From Candidatus Poribacteria bacterium (lineage in GTDB: Bacteria > Poribacteria > WGA-4E > PCPOR2b), in contig OZ220744.1 of the NCBI GenBank assembly GCA_965116925.1, forward strand, positions 1,760,001 through 1,824,000: DNA of 64,000 nt, written 5' to 3'. A model generated the notes under the pieces. It made no database searches and was not told the origin of the DNA. It saw nothing but the letters and a program-made list of their open reading frames with translations. Shown one piece after another: positions 40,160-49,640 of this stretch. Position 1 is the first letter of the stretch. Every line of letters begins with the position of its first letter. The translations under genes were made by a program, and so were the position numbers.

Positions 40160-40963
40160 ATGACCGATAATGAGAAATTTCTGTTTGATCTCTGGGGTTA
40201 CGTCGTGATTGAGGATGTACTTACATCGGATGAGGTCGAGCTGGCAAATGAAGCGGTTGAGCGTCACACACATCTTATCGCCAACCGGGACCCAGGATTA
40301 TCCCACGGATCTAAGCAGTTGGAAGGTGCTACAGGTCGCGGGGAGTTCCATCAAAATCCATTGACCTTTGATCGGCCGTGGTGTGAACCGTTTCGACGTA
40401 TGTTGACGCATCCGCGGGTTATTGACATCTTTAACGAGATATTGGGTCCCGGCTTTCGGCTTGATCACGGTCCCGGACTTATTCAGATGGTCAAGGGAAC
40501 CGAGGGACATTGGCTGCACGGCGGGATGACCTTCGATCCAAGCCAATATCACCGATTTGAGCATGGACGGATGCAGTGTGGGCTCTGCGTCGCTGCTTGG
40601 CAGTTGACAGAGGTCCGTGAGGGGGATGGCGGATTTGCATGTGTGCCGGGCAGCCACAAATCGAATTATCGTCCGCCTCAGCATGTTCTCTCTACAAAAG
40701 ATGATATGGGGTGTATTCGACAGGTCGTTGCCGGACCGGGTTCCGTCGTTATATTTAACGAAGCGTTGGTGCACGGTACGCTTCCTTGGCAGCCGACCGA
40801 CCGCGAGCGTCGTTCAATCCTGTTCAAATGCTCGCCCGGATTCCTGTCATGGGGTTCACCTCATGCCGAATGCCCGATCCCCGATCCAACGCCGGAGGAA
40901 TTGGCTATCTACGAACCGCCCCACCGTACCGGACGCACAACGCTAGGGGAAGATGGGAATTGA
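40160..40963 (+). CDS. Phytanoyl-CoA dioxygenase-family Fe(II)/2OG enzyme
   Basis: FDLWGY, WLHGG, VPGSHK, LVHG, RRS. Confidence 0.88.
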   Translation: MTDNEKFLFDLWGYVVIEDVLTSDEVELANEAVERHTHLIANRDPGLSHGSKQLEGATGRGEFHQNPLTFDRPWCEPFRRMLTHPRVIDIFNEILGPGFRLDHGPGLIQMVKGTEGHWLHGGMTFDPSQYHRFEHGRMQCGLCVAAWQLTEVREGDGGFACVPGSHKSNYRPPQHVLSTKDDMGCIRQVVAGPGSVVIFNEALVHGTLPWQPTDRERRSILFKCSPGFLSWGSPHAECPIPDPTPEELAIYEPPHRTGRTTLGEDGN

Positions 40964-41163
40964 TCTATGAAGCGTGAAATGTGATGTATAAACGCTCATT
41001 GGTTTATGGTAATGCTTCTCGGTTCGCATTTTGGTGAGCCTGTTGACACACAGATGTCGAAATGATCTTTTTTATGCCTTACGTTTCACGCATTATCCTT
41101 CATTGTGTTGCCCTTGATTTTTGTAACGTAATAGAAAAAAACATATCAAGAGAGGACCTAAAG

Positions 41164-41748
41164 ATGTTTAGACAAATAGTTGTTAGCCTGTTTATGGGGT
41201 TTTTCGGGATTTGTGGAATTATCGGAGTCATTAGCTGCGCGGATCTTGACGTATTGATTATTGATCTTACAGCTCCTGACCCGATTGAACCGGCAGAGAA
41301 CGAATGGATTGGCACATGGGCACTTGAAAGCTATCAGGGACTCAGTCTGCTAGAAACCCTTGCCGAATATGACGATTATGACGATGAGGACTGGACTTTT
41401 TTGGACGCTGATGGTTCGGCTGTGGATGGTGTTCTTCTAGAACAGGCTATCGCAGCGTTTTGGTCTGGTGATGGCGTTACTGGTTATGATGGATCCATTG
41501 CTTATACTTTTTCTGACGATGGAATCGTGGAGATAGAGATCGTCATTCAGTTAAGGCTGCAGGTGGAAGCTATGCAGGGGGTACTCGTCGGTAGGGATCA
41601 AATACCGGGTAGCTACTCTCTGATTGGGTCCGCTTACACAACGGAGATAGCTGGTGAGGTAGAAACGGGCACGTGGCAGCTGACAGGGGATGCGCTTATA
41701 CTCAATCCTGAAGGGGCGGATGGTTTGACCATTTTGAACAAACTATAG
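41164..41748 (+). CDS. Hypothetical acidic lipoprotein (lipocalin-like)
   Basis: GAGG RBS, lipobox-like ISC, GTW motifs. Confidence 0.65.
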   Translation: MFRQIVVSLFMGFFGICGIIGVISCADLDVLIIDLTAPDPIEPAENEWIGTWALESYQGLSLLETLAEYDDYDDEDWTFLDADGSAVDGVLLEQAIAAFWSGDGVTGYDGSIAYTFSDDGIVEIEIVIQLRLQVEAMQGVLVGRDQIPGSYSLIGSAYTTEIAGEVETGTWQLTGDALILNPEGADGLTILNKL

Positions 41749-41787
41749 GTAACCCGAGTTGCCACCTAAATACCTTTCCGGCAGTTT

Positions 41788-41856
41788 GTAGGGCGGGCAT
41801 CTTGCCCGGCTCATTTGTTTCTGCCAATACCCGTAGGCCGAGATTCATATCTCGAC
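41788..41856. repeat. Two GTAG-type REP-like hairpins
   Basis: GTAGGGCGGGCA..TGCCCG and GTAGGCCGAGAT..ATCTCG. Confidence 0.6.
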
Positions 41857-42097
41857 ACTTTTGAAAGTACGATTTCCCCACTGGATGCTCTTTTGTTCAA
41901 TACGACATTGCGTTACAGTACAGGTACTCTATTATTGAACAGACGCAATACACCGATATCTGGGCAAGTGATAATTACCTCCAATTGCAGATGGCTGCGG
42001 GGGCTGTGATCGCTGGGCGTTTTGTGGATATTTGGAAGTGGGAGTAAACTCGTATTGATTTCTCGATTGGGGCGAGGACCGGTTTATGGTAGTGATT

Positions 42098-43786
42098 TCA
42101 GAATAGACCTTTGAATTGCATCTGCTCATTAGCAGGAATATTACGCCACTTGGCGGCAGACCACGGGGAAATGTCCCACAATTTGATGGTTCCATCAATT
42201 GCCCCCGATGCGAGCATATCTCCAGTTGGTGAATATGTTATAGAGCAAATCCAACCTTCATGTTTCTCAAATGTAGCTATCTCCTGTCCGGCTTCAACTG
42301 ACCAAAGTTTGATGACATAGTCATTAGTTCCCCAAGCAATCACATCTCCAATTGGCGAAATAGCTACCTCCCAGCCCAAATCTTGGTATCCGTTAAATGT
42401 AACTATCTCCTGTCCTGTTTTTGTTGACCACAGTTTGACAGTATCATCCTCTGATCGTGACGCAATTATATCTCCAGTTGGCAAAAATGCTACCCACCAG
42501 ATCCAATCTTCGTGTCCATAAAATGTAGCTATTTCCTGCCCTGTCTTAATTGACCATAGTTTTATGGCTCCATCCTGTGCCCCCGATGCAAGCATGTCTC
42601 CAGTTGGTGAATACGTTACGCAGTTAATTCGACTCTCGTGTCCGTAAAATGTAGCTATTTCCTGTCCTGTCTTAATTGACCACAGTTTTATGGCTCCATC
42701 CTCTGCTCCTGATGCAATCATATCCTCAGTTGGAGAAAAAGCCACAGGCCAGACACCGTATCTGTATCCCTCAAATGTAGCTATCTCCTGTCTTGTCTTA
42801 ATTGACCATAGTTTGCCGGTGCCTCCTGCAACCAAAGCAATCGTATCCCCGGTTGGCGAAAAGCCTGTCCACCAGACCCTACCTTTCGGTCTCTCAAATG
42901 TAATTATTTCCCGTTCTGCTTCAATTGACCACAGCCTGACAGTTCCATCATCCGCCCCTGATGCAATCGCATCTCCGACTGGCGAAAAGGCTACTGAATA
43001 CACCCGCTTTCCGTGTCCCTTAAATGTAACTATCTCCTGTCCTGTTTTAGTTGACCACAGTTTGACAGTTCCATCCTCCGCTCCTGATGCAAGCATATCT
43101 CCTGTTGGTGAATATGCTACCGAACTGACCCTAGCTTCATGAGAGAAGATAGCGATTGGTCGTTTAGCTACAGCCCGTCGTCTTTGTTCGACCTTCTCTT
43201 TCTGTTTTTCGGTTTCAATCCATCTTTCGTATTCGCTAAGAATTTGTAATGCTACACTACTTGAGCTGCCTTTAAGAAATTCGACAGCTATCTGTTTGAT
43301 AAGTCCATCATCGAAACCATTTTGACTATATAGGAGATATTGAATAAGGGGAAGGAATTGATCAAATGAATCAGGATAAATCTGGAGTTGGACAAACAGT
43401 TGATAAACTGCTCTGTTCCTTACGTTCGGATTGTTTAATTTTAACCGAGGTTCAAGATAAGCGGACAATTTACCGTTAAGTCGCTTTAGTTGGTCAGCAG
43501 TTCGCATGTCAGGTTTCTTGGTAGCTGCTTCTATAATTGTCTGAAGGTTGGTGCTTTCTTCTTTCCCCCTCAAAAGAGCATGGCAGTTTCCACAGAGGGT
43601 CATGCCGTTGTCAATCTCGGTAGCAAAATCAGGATATTTTTCTAACGGTTTGATATGGTGTATATGAAGGTTGAGATGTACTCCACATACACGACAGGCA
43701 TCTCCATCGCGCTTTCTGACATCTAGTTTCCACCGTTTATATTCTGGTGATTTGCGGATATCTTGCATAAGGGTTGCCCATTTCAT
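42098..43786 (-). CDS. HNH endonuclease-WD40 repeat fusion protein
   Basis: CRVC..HIHHIKP..N.MTLCGNCH; helical linker; 8 WD40 repeats. Confidence 0.9.
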   Translation of the reverse strand: MKWATLMQDIRKSPEYKRWKLDVRKRDGDACRVCGVHLNLHIHHIKPLEKYPDFATEIDNGMTLCGNCHALLRGKEESTNLQTIIEAATKKPDMRTADQLKRLNGKLSAYLEPRLKLNNPNVRNRAVYQLFVQLQIYPDSFDQFLPLIQYLLYSQNGFDDGLIKQIAVEFLKGSSSSVALQILSEYERWIETEKQKEKVEQRRRAVAKRPIAIFSHEARVSSVAYSPTGDMLASGAEDGTVKLWSTKTGQEIVTFKGHGKRVYSVAFSPVGDAIASGADDGTVRLWSIEAEREIITFERPKGRVWWTGFSPTGDTIALVAGGTGKLWSIKTRQEIATFEGYRYGVWPVAFSPTEDMIASGAEDGAIKLWSIKTGQEIATFYGHESRINCVTYSPTGDMLASGAQDGAIKLWSIKTGQEIATFYGHEDWIWWVAFLPTGDIIASRSEDDTVKLWSTKTGQEIVTFNGYQDLGWEVAISPIGDVIAWGTNDYVIKLWSVEAGQEIATFEKHEGWICSITYSPTGDMLASGAIDGTIKLWDISPWSAAKWRNIPANEQMQFKGLF

Positions 43787-43834
43787 AAAGGGATAACAAT
43801 CGTTATCCTAGACTTGCCTCTGATTGTATCATTT

Positions 43835-44620
43835 TCAAATCTGTTTACGTGAATCAATAATCCGCAGCAGATGGCTTGCAAAAATTATCATTTCGGCTGC
43901 TTCTTCTGCGGTGACATTAACATCTCGGTGACTGAAGGGATTTTTATAATAGCCGATTGCCCCGCTAAACAAGGCCGATACAGCTCGCCTTTCTGCTTCC
44001 GGTTGATCAGGATCGGTTAAATTACCATTTTCAACATGAAATGCTTTACGCATTAAATCAGTCCCATAATCCGTCTCTGCATATTCCCCGGCTTCACGGA
44101 CGGCGATTTCGACCTCTTTGAATCCTTGAAAGACTGCAACATCATAGTCACCTCGCAAGAACAGCGGCCACACCTTTTGAGCAATTATAGAATGAAGTTG
44201 GGGTTGCGGTAAAAGGGCTGCTTTGCGATAGGCTTCTAAGTCCTTGTTCGTCTTAATGCCTTTGCCTCGTCTGGTAACGAAATATGTGGTTACTAGACCT
44301 GCGGACCGTTCACGCGATAAGTTAGTTGGTCTTGGAGCAACAAACCCTTCATGTTCCAACCACTGCCAAGCTTCCTTGAGTGCAAAGAGAATCTCATCGC
44401 CTTGTTTGGGTGGGTATTTTTGACGCATTTCTTGACATTTTTCGCTTGGCATTTCCTCGAATAACCTTGACATGGGATCAGATGATATGACATTCTCTAT
44501 GATTATGTTTTGACTGCCCTCTAAAGATACTAAAAGGTGTCCGGCGAGTTCCTCTAGTTCAGCATCTAATAAAGATTCTGCATCTGGAAATGTTTCAAAT
44601 AGCTTTGGGAATATTTGCAT
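43835..44620 (-). CDS. TIGR02391 family protein
   Basis: AVFQGFKEVE..VR, GTDLMRKAF, LFSGAIG..KNP.SH. Confidence 0.8.
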   Translation of the reverse strand: MQIFPKLFETFPDAESLLDAELEELAGHLLVSLEGSQNIIIENVISSDPMSRLFEEMPSEKCQEMRQKYPPKQGDEILFALKEAWQWLEHEGFVAPRPTNLSRERSAGLVTTYFVTRRGKGIKTNKDLEAYRKAALLPQPQLHSIIAQKVWPLFLRGDYDVAVFQGFKEVEIAVREAGEYAETDYGTDLMRKAFHVENGNLTDPDQPEAERRAVSALFSGAIGYYKNPFSHRDVNVTAEEAAEMIIFASHLLRIIDSRKQI

Positions 44621-44626
44621 AATCTG

Positions 44627-45124
44627 TTACCTTCCTTCACTACCCCTACCATTTTGATACATCCAGCTAAGATTATCTTGAGCTGCAGAGTAACCTTGTT
44701 CAGCAGCTTTTTGATACCACCTGACAGCCTCCACATCGCTTTGGGGGACACCCTTACCATTTTGATACATCCAGCCGAGATTGTCTTGGGCTTTGGCGAG
44801 ATTGCCGTCTTGTGCAGCTTTACGATACCACTTGACCGCTTTCACATCGTCTTGCGTAACACCCCTACCATTTTGATACATCCAGCCGAGGTTATCTTGG
44901 GCTATGGCGTAATCTTGTTCGGCAGCTTTACGATACCACTTAATTGCCTCTTCATCATCTTGTGGGACACCCCTGCCATTTTGATACATCCAACCCAAGT
45001 CATTTTGGGCTGCCGGATCTCCACCTTCGGCAAGTTCTTGCAATTGCTTTAATGTTTCTGTTTCCGGTGTTTGTTTATCGGCTTTAAGCTGTGGATGTGT
45101 TGATGATGTGGGGTCATCTGGCAT
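44627..45124 (-). CDS. Sel1-like repeat protein
   Basis: Three full AQ.NLGWMYQNG.GV.QD..AV.WY.KAAEQ repeats and a fourth cut short. Confidence 0.9.
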   Translation of the reverse strand: MPDDPTSSTHPQLKADKQTPETETLKQLQELAEGGDPAAQNDLGWMYQNGRGVPQDDEEAIKWYRKAAEQDYAIAQDNLGWMYQNGRGVTQDDVKAVKWYRKAAQDGNLAKAQDNLGWMYQNGKGVPQSDVEAVRWYQKAAEQGYSAAQDNLSWMYQNGRGSEGR

Positions 45125-45151
45125 GGGACTTTTCCTTAAAATTTGCGGTAA

Positions 45152-45928
45152 TTACTCTTGACCAATCATGCCTTCCAAAGGACTCGACGCTGTCGCGTAG
45201 AGTTTTCTCGGAATCCGTCCCGCCAGAAATGCTGCCCTGCCTGCCTCGACCGCCTTTCGCATGGCGGTTGCCATCAGTACCGGTTGACGCGCTTTGGCAA
45301 CCGCGGTGCTGAGGAGGACGCCGTCGCAGCCGAGTTCCATCGCGATTGCTGCATCGGAGGCGGTTCCGACTCCCGCATCGACAATCACGGGGACGCTGAC
45401 GATGTCGCGGATGATTTGTATATTGTACGGATTGCGGATACCCATGCCTGAACCGATCGGTGCCCCCAACGGCATGACTGTGGCGCACCCGATGTCTTCC
45501 AACTTCTTGCACGTAATCGGATCATCGTTGCAGTAGGGCAGCACGGTGAACCCATCTTTGACAAGCGTCGCTGCGGCGGATAACAACTGTTCAACATCGG
45601 GAAATAGGGTCTGGTCGTCGCCGATAACTTCCAACTTGATGAGTGAGGTTTCGAGTGCCTCACGTGCGAGTTGCGCTGTCAACACGGCATCCTTGGCTGT
45701 GAAACAGCCGGAGGTATTTGGTAAAATTGTATATCCCTTCTCGCGGAGGAGGTTGAACAGATTTTCCCCTGAAGCGTCGCTGAGTTTCACCCGGCGCATG
45801 GCGACGGTAGCGATTTCTGCACCGCTCGCTTCAAGTGACCGCATCATCAGGTCGAAATTGGGGTAACCGGCTGTGCCGATTAGCAGTCGTGATTGATAAA
45901 CGGTATCACCAATTTTTAGTCCTTCCAT
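45152..45928 (-). CDS. thiG: Thiazole synthase
   Basis: [27 protein letters not shown]. Confidence 0.97.
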   Translation of the reverse strand: MEGLKIGDTVYQSRLLIGTAGYPNFDLMMRSLEASGAEIATVAMRRVKLSDASGENLFNLLREKGYTILPNTSGCFTAKDAVLTAQLAREALETSLIKLEVIGDDQTLFPDVEQLLSAAATLVKDGFTVLPYCNDDPITCKKLEDIGCATVMPLGAPIGSGMGIRNPYNIQIIRDIVSVPVIVDAGVGTASDAAIAMELGCDGVLLSTAVAKARQPVLMATAMRKAVEAGRAAFLAGRIPRKLYATASSPLEGMIGQE

Positions 45929-45979
45929 CTTTTTCCTCTTTCGTATTCTTTCATCAATTTCTATAGCTATAAGGCAAGT

Positions 45980-47098
45980 TCAGGTAGTATCAGCCGGTTC
46001 TTCATAGTTAAACTCGACTTTACTTTGTTTAATTACCTCATCGAGAATACCTTGTAAGTAACCTTCCTGCACTGCTTCATTAAACCTGTTTTTCAGAACA
46101 GGAAGATTGATAATTTCTTCAACACAGTTCATGTATTTCCTAACTATAGCCGTTATGAGGTATTGTTTCTCTGCTCCGGCCTGAAGTCTTTGTCTGAGAA
46201 CACTAACAGATTCTTCGGACTTGATAACGAAGGATATAGGATACCGTTCGATTTTATCGATATCCAAGAAGTATTTTCTTACGTCTAGGGTTTCTGTCAC
46301 CTGAAAGAATCTGCCCAAGGGACGCATAACAAAGTCTATACCGCCATCATTGGCATTGGTGCGACCAGTTTTGTAGAGTTTGAGGTTTTCTTCCTCGACG
46401 CTCTCCAGATTGAAACCGAAATAAATGGTTTGATTGCTGTAGTAATATTTTAGGATGGCGTAACTGACAATTTCAAAGATACGCGCGTCCACGTTTGGTC
46501 CGAGGAGGCTTATAATAAATACTTCTACATTTTCTGTGCTTTCTTCATTAATGCTTTTCAAACGTTCGCATGTTTGAATAAACGCCTCAAATGCACTCCG
46601 CTTCGTCTCTATATAGCGATCCACAATATTGATAATAGAGTTTGCGATATTGTAGGAATCGCCTATAGCGGAAATCTTTAGAAGATTTTCGTTGATCCAA
46701 TAACGCTTTGTTTCAACATCGCGTAAAATTGGAATATACTCGGTTTGTGGAAAATACTTCCGAAAATCGCTGTTCATGCGGTGGTTAAGTGCATGATTTT
46801 GTAGCTTGTTACCAAAAGGCAATTCTCTTTGACGTTTGAATAAGTCTGTAAATGCCGCCCCTCGATAATTTGAGTAGCCACTGTGTTGATCGAATCCGTG
46901 GTTGAGATAATCTTCAATCAGCACATAGAGCGCGTAAAGATTGGCAAAGCTACCTCTTGCTTTTGACCCACGCGTTGCAGATATGGTTTTGATGTTTAGA
47001 TATTGCAAAAGCTCACTTTTTTCAAAAATATCTTCTGCTGCTTCACCAAAATCAGAGCGTAAAACAGCTTGAATTTGCTGCGTAAATTCGTGTTCCAT
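45980..47098 (-). CDS. Putative type II restriction endonuclease
   Basis: AT-rich; ATG immediately follows the MTase stop; NDGGIDF...FFQVTE resembles a PD-(D/E)XK variant. Confidence 0.7.
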   Translation of the reverse strand: MEHEFTQQIQAVLRSDFGEAAEDIFEKSELLQYLNIKTISATRGSKARGSFANLYALYVLIEDYLNHGFDQHSGYSNYRGAAFTDLFKRQRELPFGNKLQNHALNHRMNSDFRKYFPQTEYIPILRDVETKRYWINENLLKISAIGDSYNIANSIINIVDRYIETKRSAFEAFIQTCERLKSINEESTENVEVFIISLLGPNVDARIFEIVSYAILKYYYSNQTIYFGFNLESVEEENLKLYKTGRTNANDGGIDFVMRPLGRFFQVTETLDVRKYFLDIDKIERYPISFVIKSEESVSVLRQRLQAGAEKQYLITAIVRKYMNCVEEIINLPVLKNRFNEAVQEGYLQGILDEVIKQSKVEFNYEEPADTT

Positions 47099-47962
47099 CT
47101 AGTTTCCCTCGAATAATTTGAGGGTCTGTTGAGTTGGGGGCACTTGTTCCTCATAGGAGCGAGGTTCTCGTTTCAATTCTTCCCCTCTATAATGTGTCAT
47201 TATTTGAAGCCTTCTCAGTCCAATTTTAACGTAATCTTCCTCTATCTCTATCCCAATTGATTGACGCCCTAATTTCTTCGCAACGAAACATGTAGTGAAT
47301 GTACCAGCGAAAGGGTCCAGAACAAGATCGCCGGGGTTTGAACTTGCGCGAACAATTCGCTCAAGCAGAGCAACAGGTTTCTGAGTCGGATGTTGTTCGT
47401 ACTCATCCATTCTGTAGCGGACACGCGGAAATTCCCAAACATTGCCCGGCACTTTTCTTGAGCTATATTGTGTAGGGACCGGCTTTCGGTAATCGATTAA
47501 TTTGCGCTTTGCACCTGTCTTTGCCTCAACAAGGATGTCATCTGCGTTGAAAGTGTATTGCTGCTTATCTTTTACACAAAAAAGGATGGGTTCATACAGG
47601 GAACCGTAATATTTTTTCGCTTGGACCCCCGAACTATCATAAGACCAAACAATGCGAGAAAGAATGCGGATTTTACCCCGAAGGTAGATGTCAAAGTAGG
47701 GCATATTCTGGGTGGCAGCCATGAGATAGAAACTACCTCTGTCTTTCAGTTTACGGAGGCAAAGGTCAATCCACTTGTAGCACCATTCGAGATACACTTT
47801 TTCAGAAGTCCACTTGTCTTTTCTACCGTTGAAGTTTTTACCGATGTTGTAGGGAGGATCTGCAAAAATTAAGTCTACTGAGCTATCAGGAATTTTGCTC
47901 GACAAAGCATCAAGTGCATCTCCCCAAATTATCAGATGATTCCCTTTTTCCAAGGCTTCCAT
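47099..47962 (-). CDS. Beta-class amino DNA methyltransferase, YhdJ/M.AvaIII-like
   Basis: DLIFADPPYNIGKNF, HPTQKP, LDPFAG; motif IV precedes motif I. Confidence 0.92.
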   Translation of the reverse strand: MEALEKGNHLIIWGDALDALSSKIPDSSVDLIFADPPYNIGKNFNGRKDKWTSEKVYLEWCYKWIDLCLRKLKDRGSFYLMAATQNMPYFDIYLRGKIRILSRIVWSYDSSGVQAKKYYGSLYEPILFCVKDKQQYTFNADDILVEAKTGAKRKLIDYRKPVPTQYSSRKVPGNVWEFPRVRYRMDEYEQHPTQKPVALLERIVRASSNPGDLVLDPFAGTFTTCFVAKKLGRQSIGIEIEEDYVKIGLRRLQIMTHYRGEELKREPRSYEEQVPPTQQTLKLFEGN

Positions 47963-47987
47963 AACATCCTCATCTCGGATTGAATTC

Positions 47988-48194
47988 CTATCCCCCTTGC
48001 GCTGCTCGAATAATCTCGATTTCGCTTTCCGGTTGAATTTCTATTTCCGTCCACTGTGTTCTAGGGATCACCTCTTGTTCGATTGCGACAGCAATCCCCG
48101 GTCGGGAGGGGTCTATTTCTAGACTCAAGAGCAACTGATGGAGGGTGAGCCCCGGTGAAACTTCTTTGGTTTCGCCGTTTACTTTTATGTTCAT
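47988..48194 (-). CDS. thiS: Sulfur carrier protein ThiS
   Basis: 68 aa, VNG start, C-terminal GG. Confidence 0.95.
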   Translation of the reverse strand: MNIKVNGETKEVSPGLTLHQLLLSLEIDPSRPGIAVAIEQEVIPRTQWTEIEIQPESEIEIIRAAQGG

Positions 48195-48209
48195 GTGTTC
48201 CCTCCGAGA

Positions 48210-49367
48210 TCAAAAAAAACGAGATAGTTGAAAAGGTGCGATGGTTTCTGAAGTTTCGCCTCTCAAGATGAGTGAGGCGATTTCACGGGCGGTGACGGGG
48301 GTGAGTAGGATGCCGTTGCGGTAGTGTCCGGTTGCCATGATGAGATTTTTGACACTGGTTTCGCCGAGAATTGGTGCGTTGTCTCGACTACCGGGACGCA
48401 AGCCGGTCCATGTCTCTAGCACAGGGAGGTCATATATCCCCGGAACAGCTTCCCAAGAACCTCTGAGGAGTTCAAATAAGCCACCTGCCGTGAGTCGCGT
48501 GTCAAAATCCATTTCTTCGTTCGTTGCACCGATTACCAAGCGTCCGTCATCTTTTGGAACCAAATAGACATCTGTTGGATACTTAGCACGCGGTGCGCGG
48601 ATAACTTTTTCCAGAACAATTCCTTCTTCCATCTGCAATGCAAGCATCTGTCCCTTGACTGGACGGACCGGTGGTTGCACAGTTTTCGGCAAGCCGTCAA
48701 TATCGTTTGACCAGCAGCCCGCCGCTAGCACAATGACATCGGCTTCTTCTAAATTACCTTTGACCCAAATGCCCGCTGCTTTTCCGTCCACGACCTCAAT
48801 TTTGTTGACGGGTGTGTTTTCGTGAAGTATCCCGTTCGCGTTTCGATATGCCTCAATCAGTGCATCAACCATCCCTCGATTGTCAACTTGATGGTCATCC
48901 CTACTCCAGATGGCTGCGGTGATTTTAGGGGAGAGCAGCGGCTCCATCTCACGCGCTTCTGCACCTGTGAGCCACTCAACTTTCAGGTTTAAGAGTTGTT
49001 GAGATTCGTAGAGGTGTTCCAACTCGCGTGCGTCGTCCCGATCTACTCCGACGATGAGTGTTCCTTCTGCCCGGTAGCCGACGCTCATCTGACTATCGGC
49101 TTCTAACTCGGCGACCCATTCTGGATACATTCGGCAGCTTTGAACGCCCAATCTGAGGAGTGCGCGTTCCTCAAAATGGACTTCCGCGTGGGGTGCTAGC
49201 ATTCCCGCTGCCGCCCACGACGCGGCACGTCCGGCTTGATCGCGTTCATAAATTGAAACGGTGCAACCAGTCTTCGCTAGCTGCCAGCCGATACCGAGTC
49301 CGATTACCCCGCCGCCGACGATGATGACCCGTTTATTTGAGTATGGGTTGTAGATTGGCATAGTCAT
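48210..49367 (-). CDS. thiO: Glycine oxidase
   Basis: GGGVIG, ASWAAAGML, PVKGQ, GHYRNGILL; start approximate. Confidence 0.93.
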   Translation of the reverse strand: MTMPIYNPYSNKRVIIVGGGVIGLGIGWQLAKTGCTVSIYERDQAGRAASWAAAGMLAPHAEVHFEERALLRLGVQSCRMYPEWVAELEADSQMSVGYRAEGTLIVGVDRDDARELEHLYESQQLLNLKVEWLTGAEAREMEPLLSPKITAAIWSRDDHQVDNRGMVDALIEAYRNANGILHENTPVNKIEVVDGKAAGIWVKGNLEEADVIVLAAGCWSNDIDGLPKTVQPPVRPVKGQMLALQMEEGIVLEKVIRAPRAKYPTDVYLVPKDDGRLVIGATNEEMDFDTRLTAGGLFELLRGSWEAVPGIYDLPVLETWTGLRPGSRDNAPILGETSVKNLIMATGHYRNGILLTPVTAREIASLILRGETSETIAPFQLSRFF

Positions 49368-49444
49368 AGACAGAAGTCCAAGCCGTTTTTTAATCAAAGG
49401 AGCCGTCCCCAGAAAGGGGTTTATTGCAGATGGTAGTCTGTCTA

Positions 49445-49473
49445 ATTTTATCGCACTTTTACCCCCTCTGCAA
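49445..49473 (-). promoter_or_regulatory. Promoter for the thiO operon
   Basis: Minus strand TTGCAG-17 bp-TAAAAT. Confidence 0.6.
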
Positions 49474-49500
49474 TGAAAAAATATCTATTTGGAAATTCCG

Positions 49501-49529
49501 TTGCGTCTTTCTGCCATTTGTGCTATACT
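49501..49529 (+). promoter_or_regulatory. Promoter for rpsA
   Basis: TTGCGT-17 bp-TATACT with extended -10 TG. Confidence 0.6.
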
Positions 49530-49640
49530 ATATGTGTTTAACCTATGTCAGAAATTTCGATCTATCTAGGTCATTAGTCACCTTGAAAAAAGGAGGAGCT
49601 GGTGAATCAAATCTATCGAATCTAATGCCGTCATCGGGTT

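Noticed and set aside
42170..43140. CRISPR-like or DGR-like periodic repeats
   Set aside because: They are in-frame WD40 coding repeats; no spacers, cas genes or reverse transcriptase. The same holds for the TPR and Sel1 repeats
47939..47962. MTase start MEALEKGN resembling thiG start MEGLKIGD as an insertion scar
   Set aside because: Too short to distinguish from chance; no clear flanking DNA duplication found
49368..49445. TPP riboswitch ahead of thiO
   Set aside because: No CTGAGA/ACCTGA motifs, and too little leader after the predicted promoter
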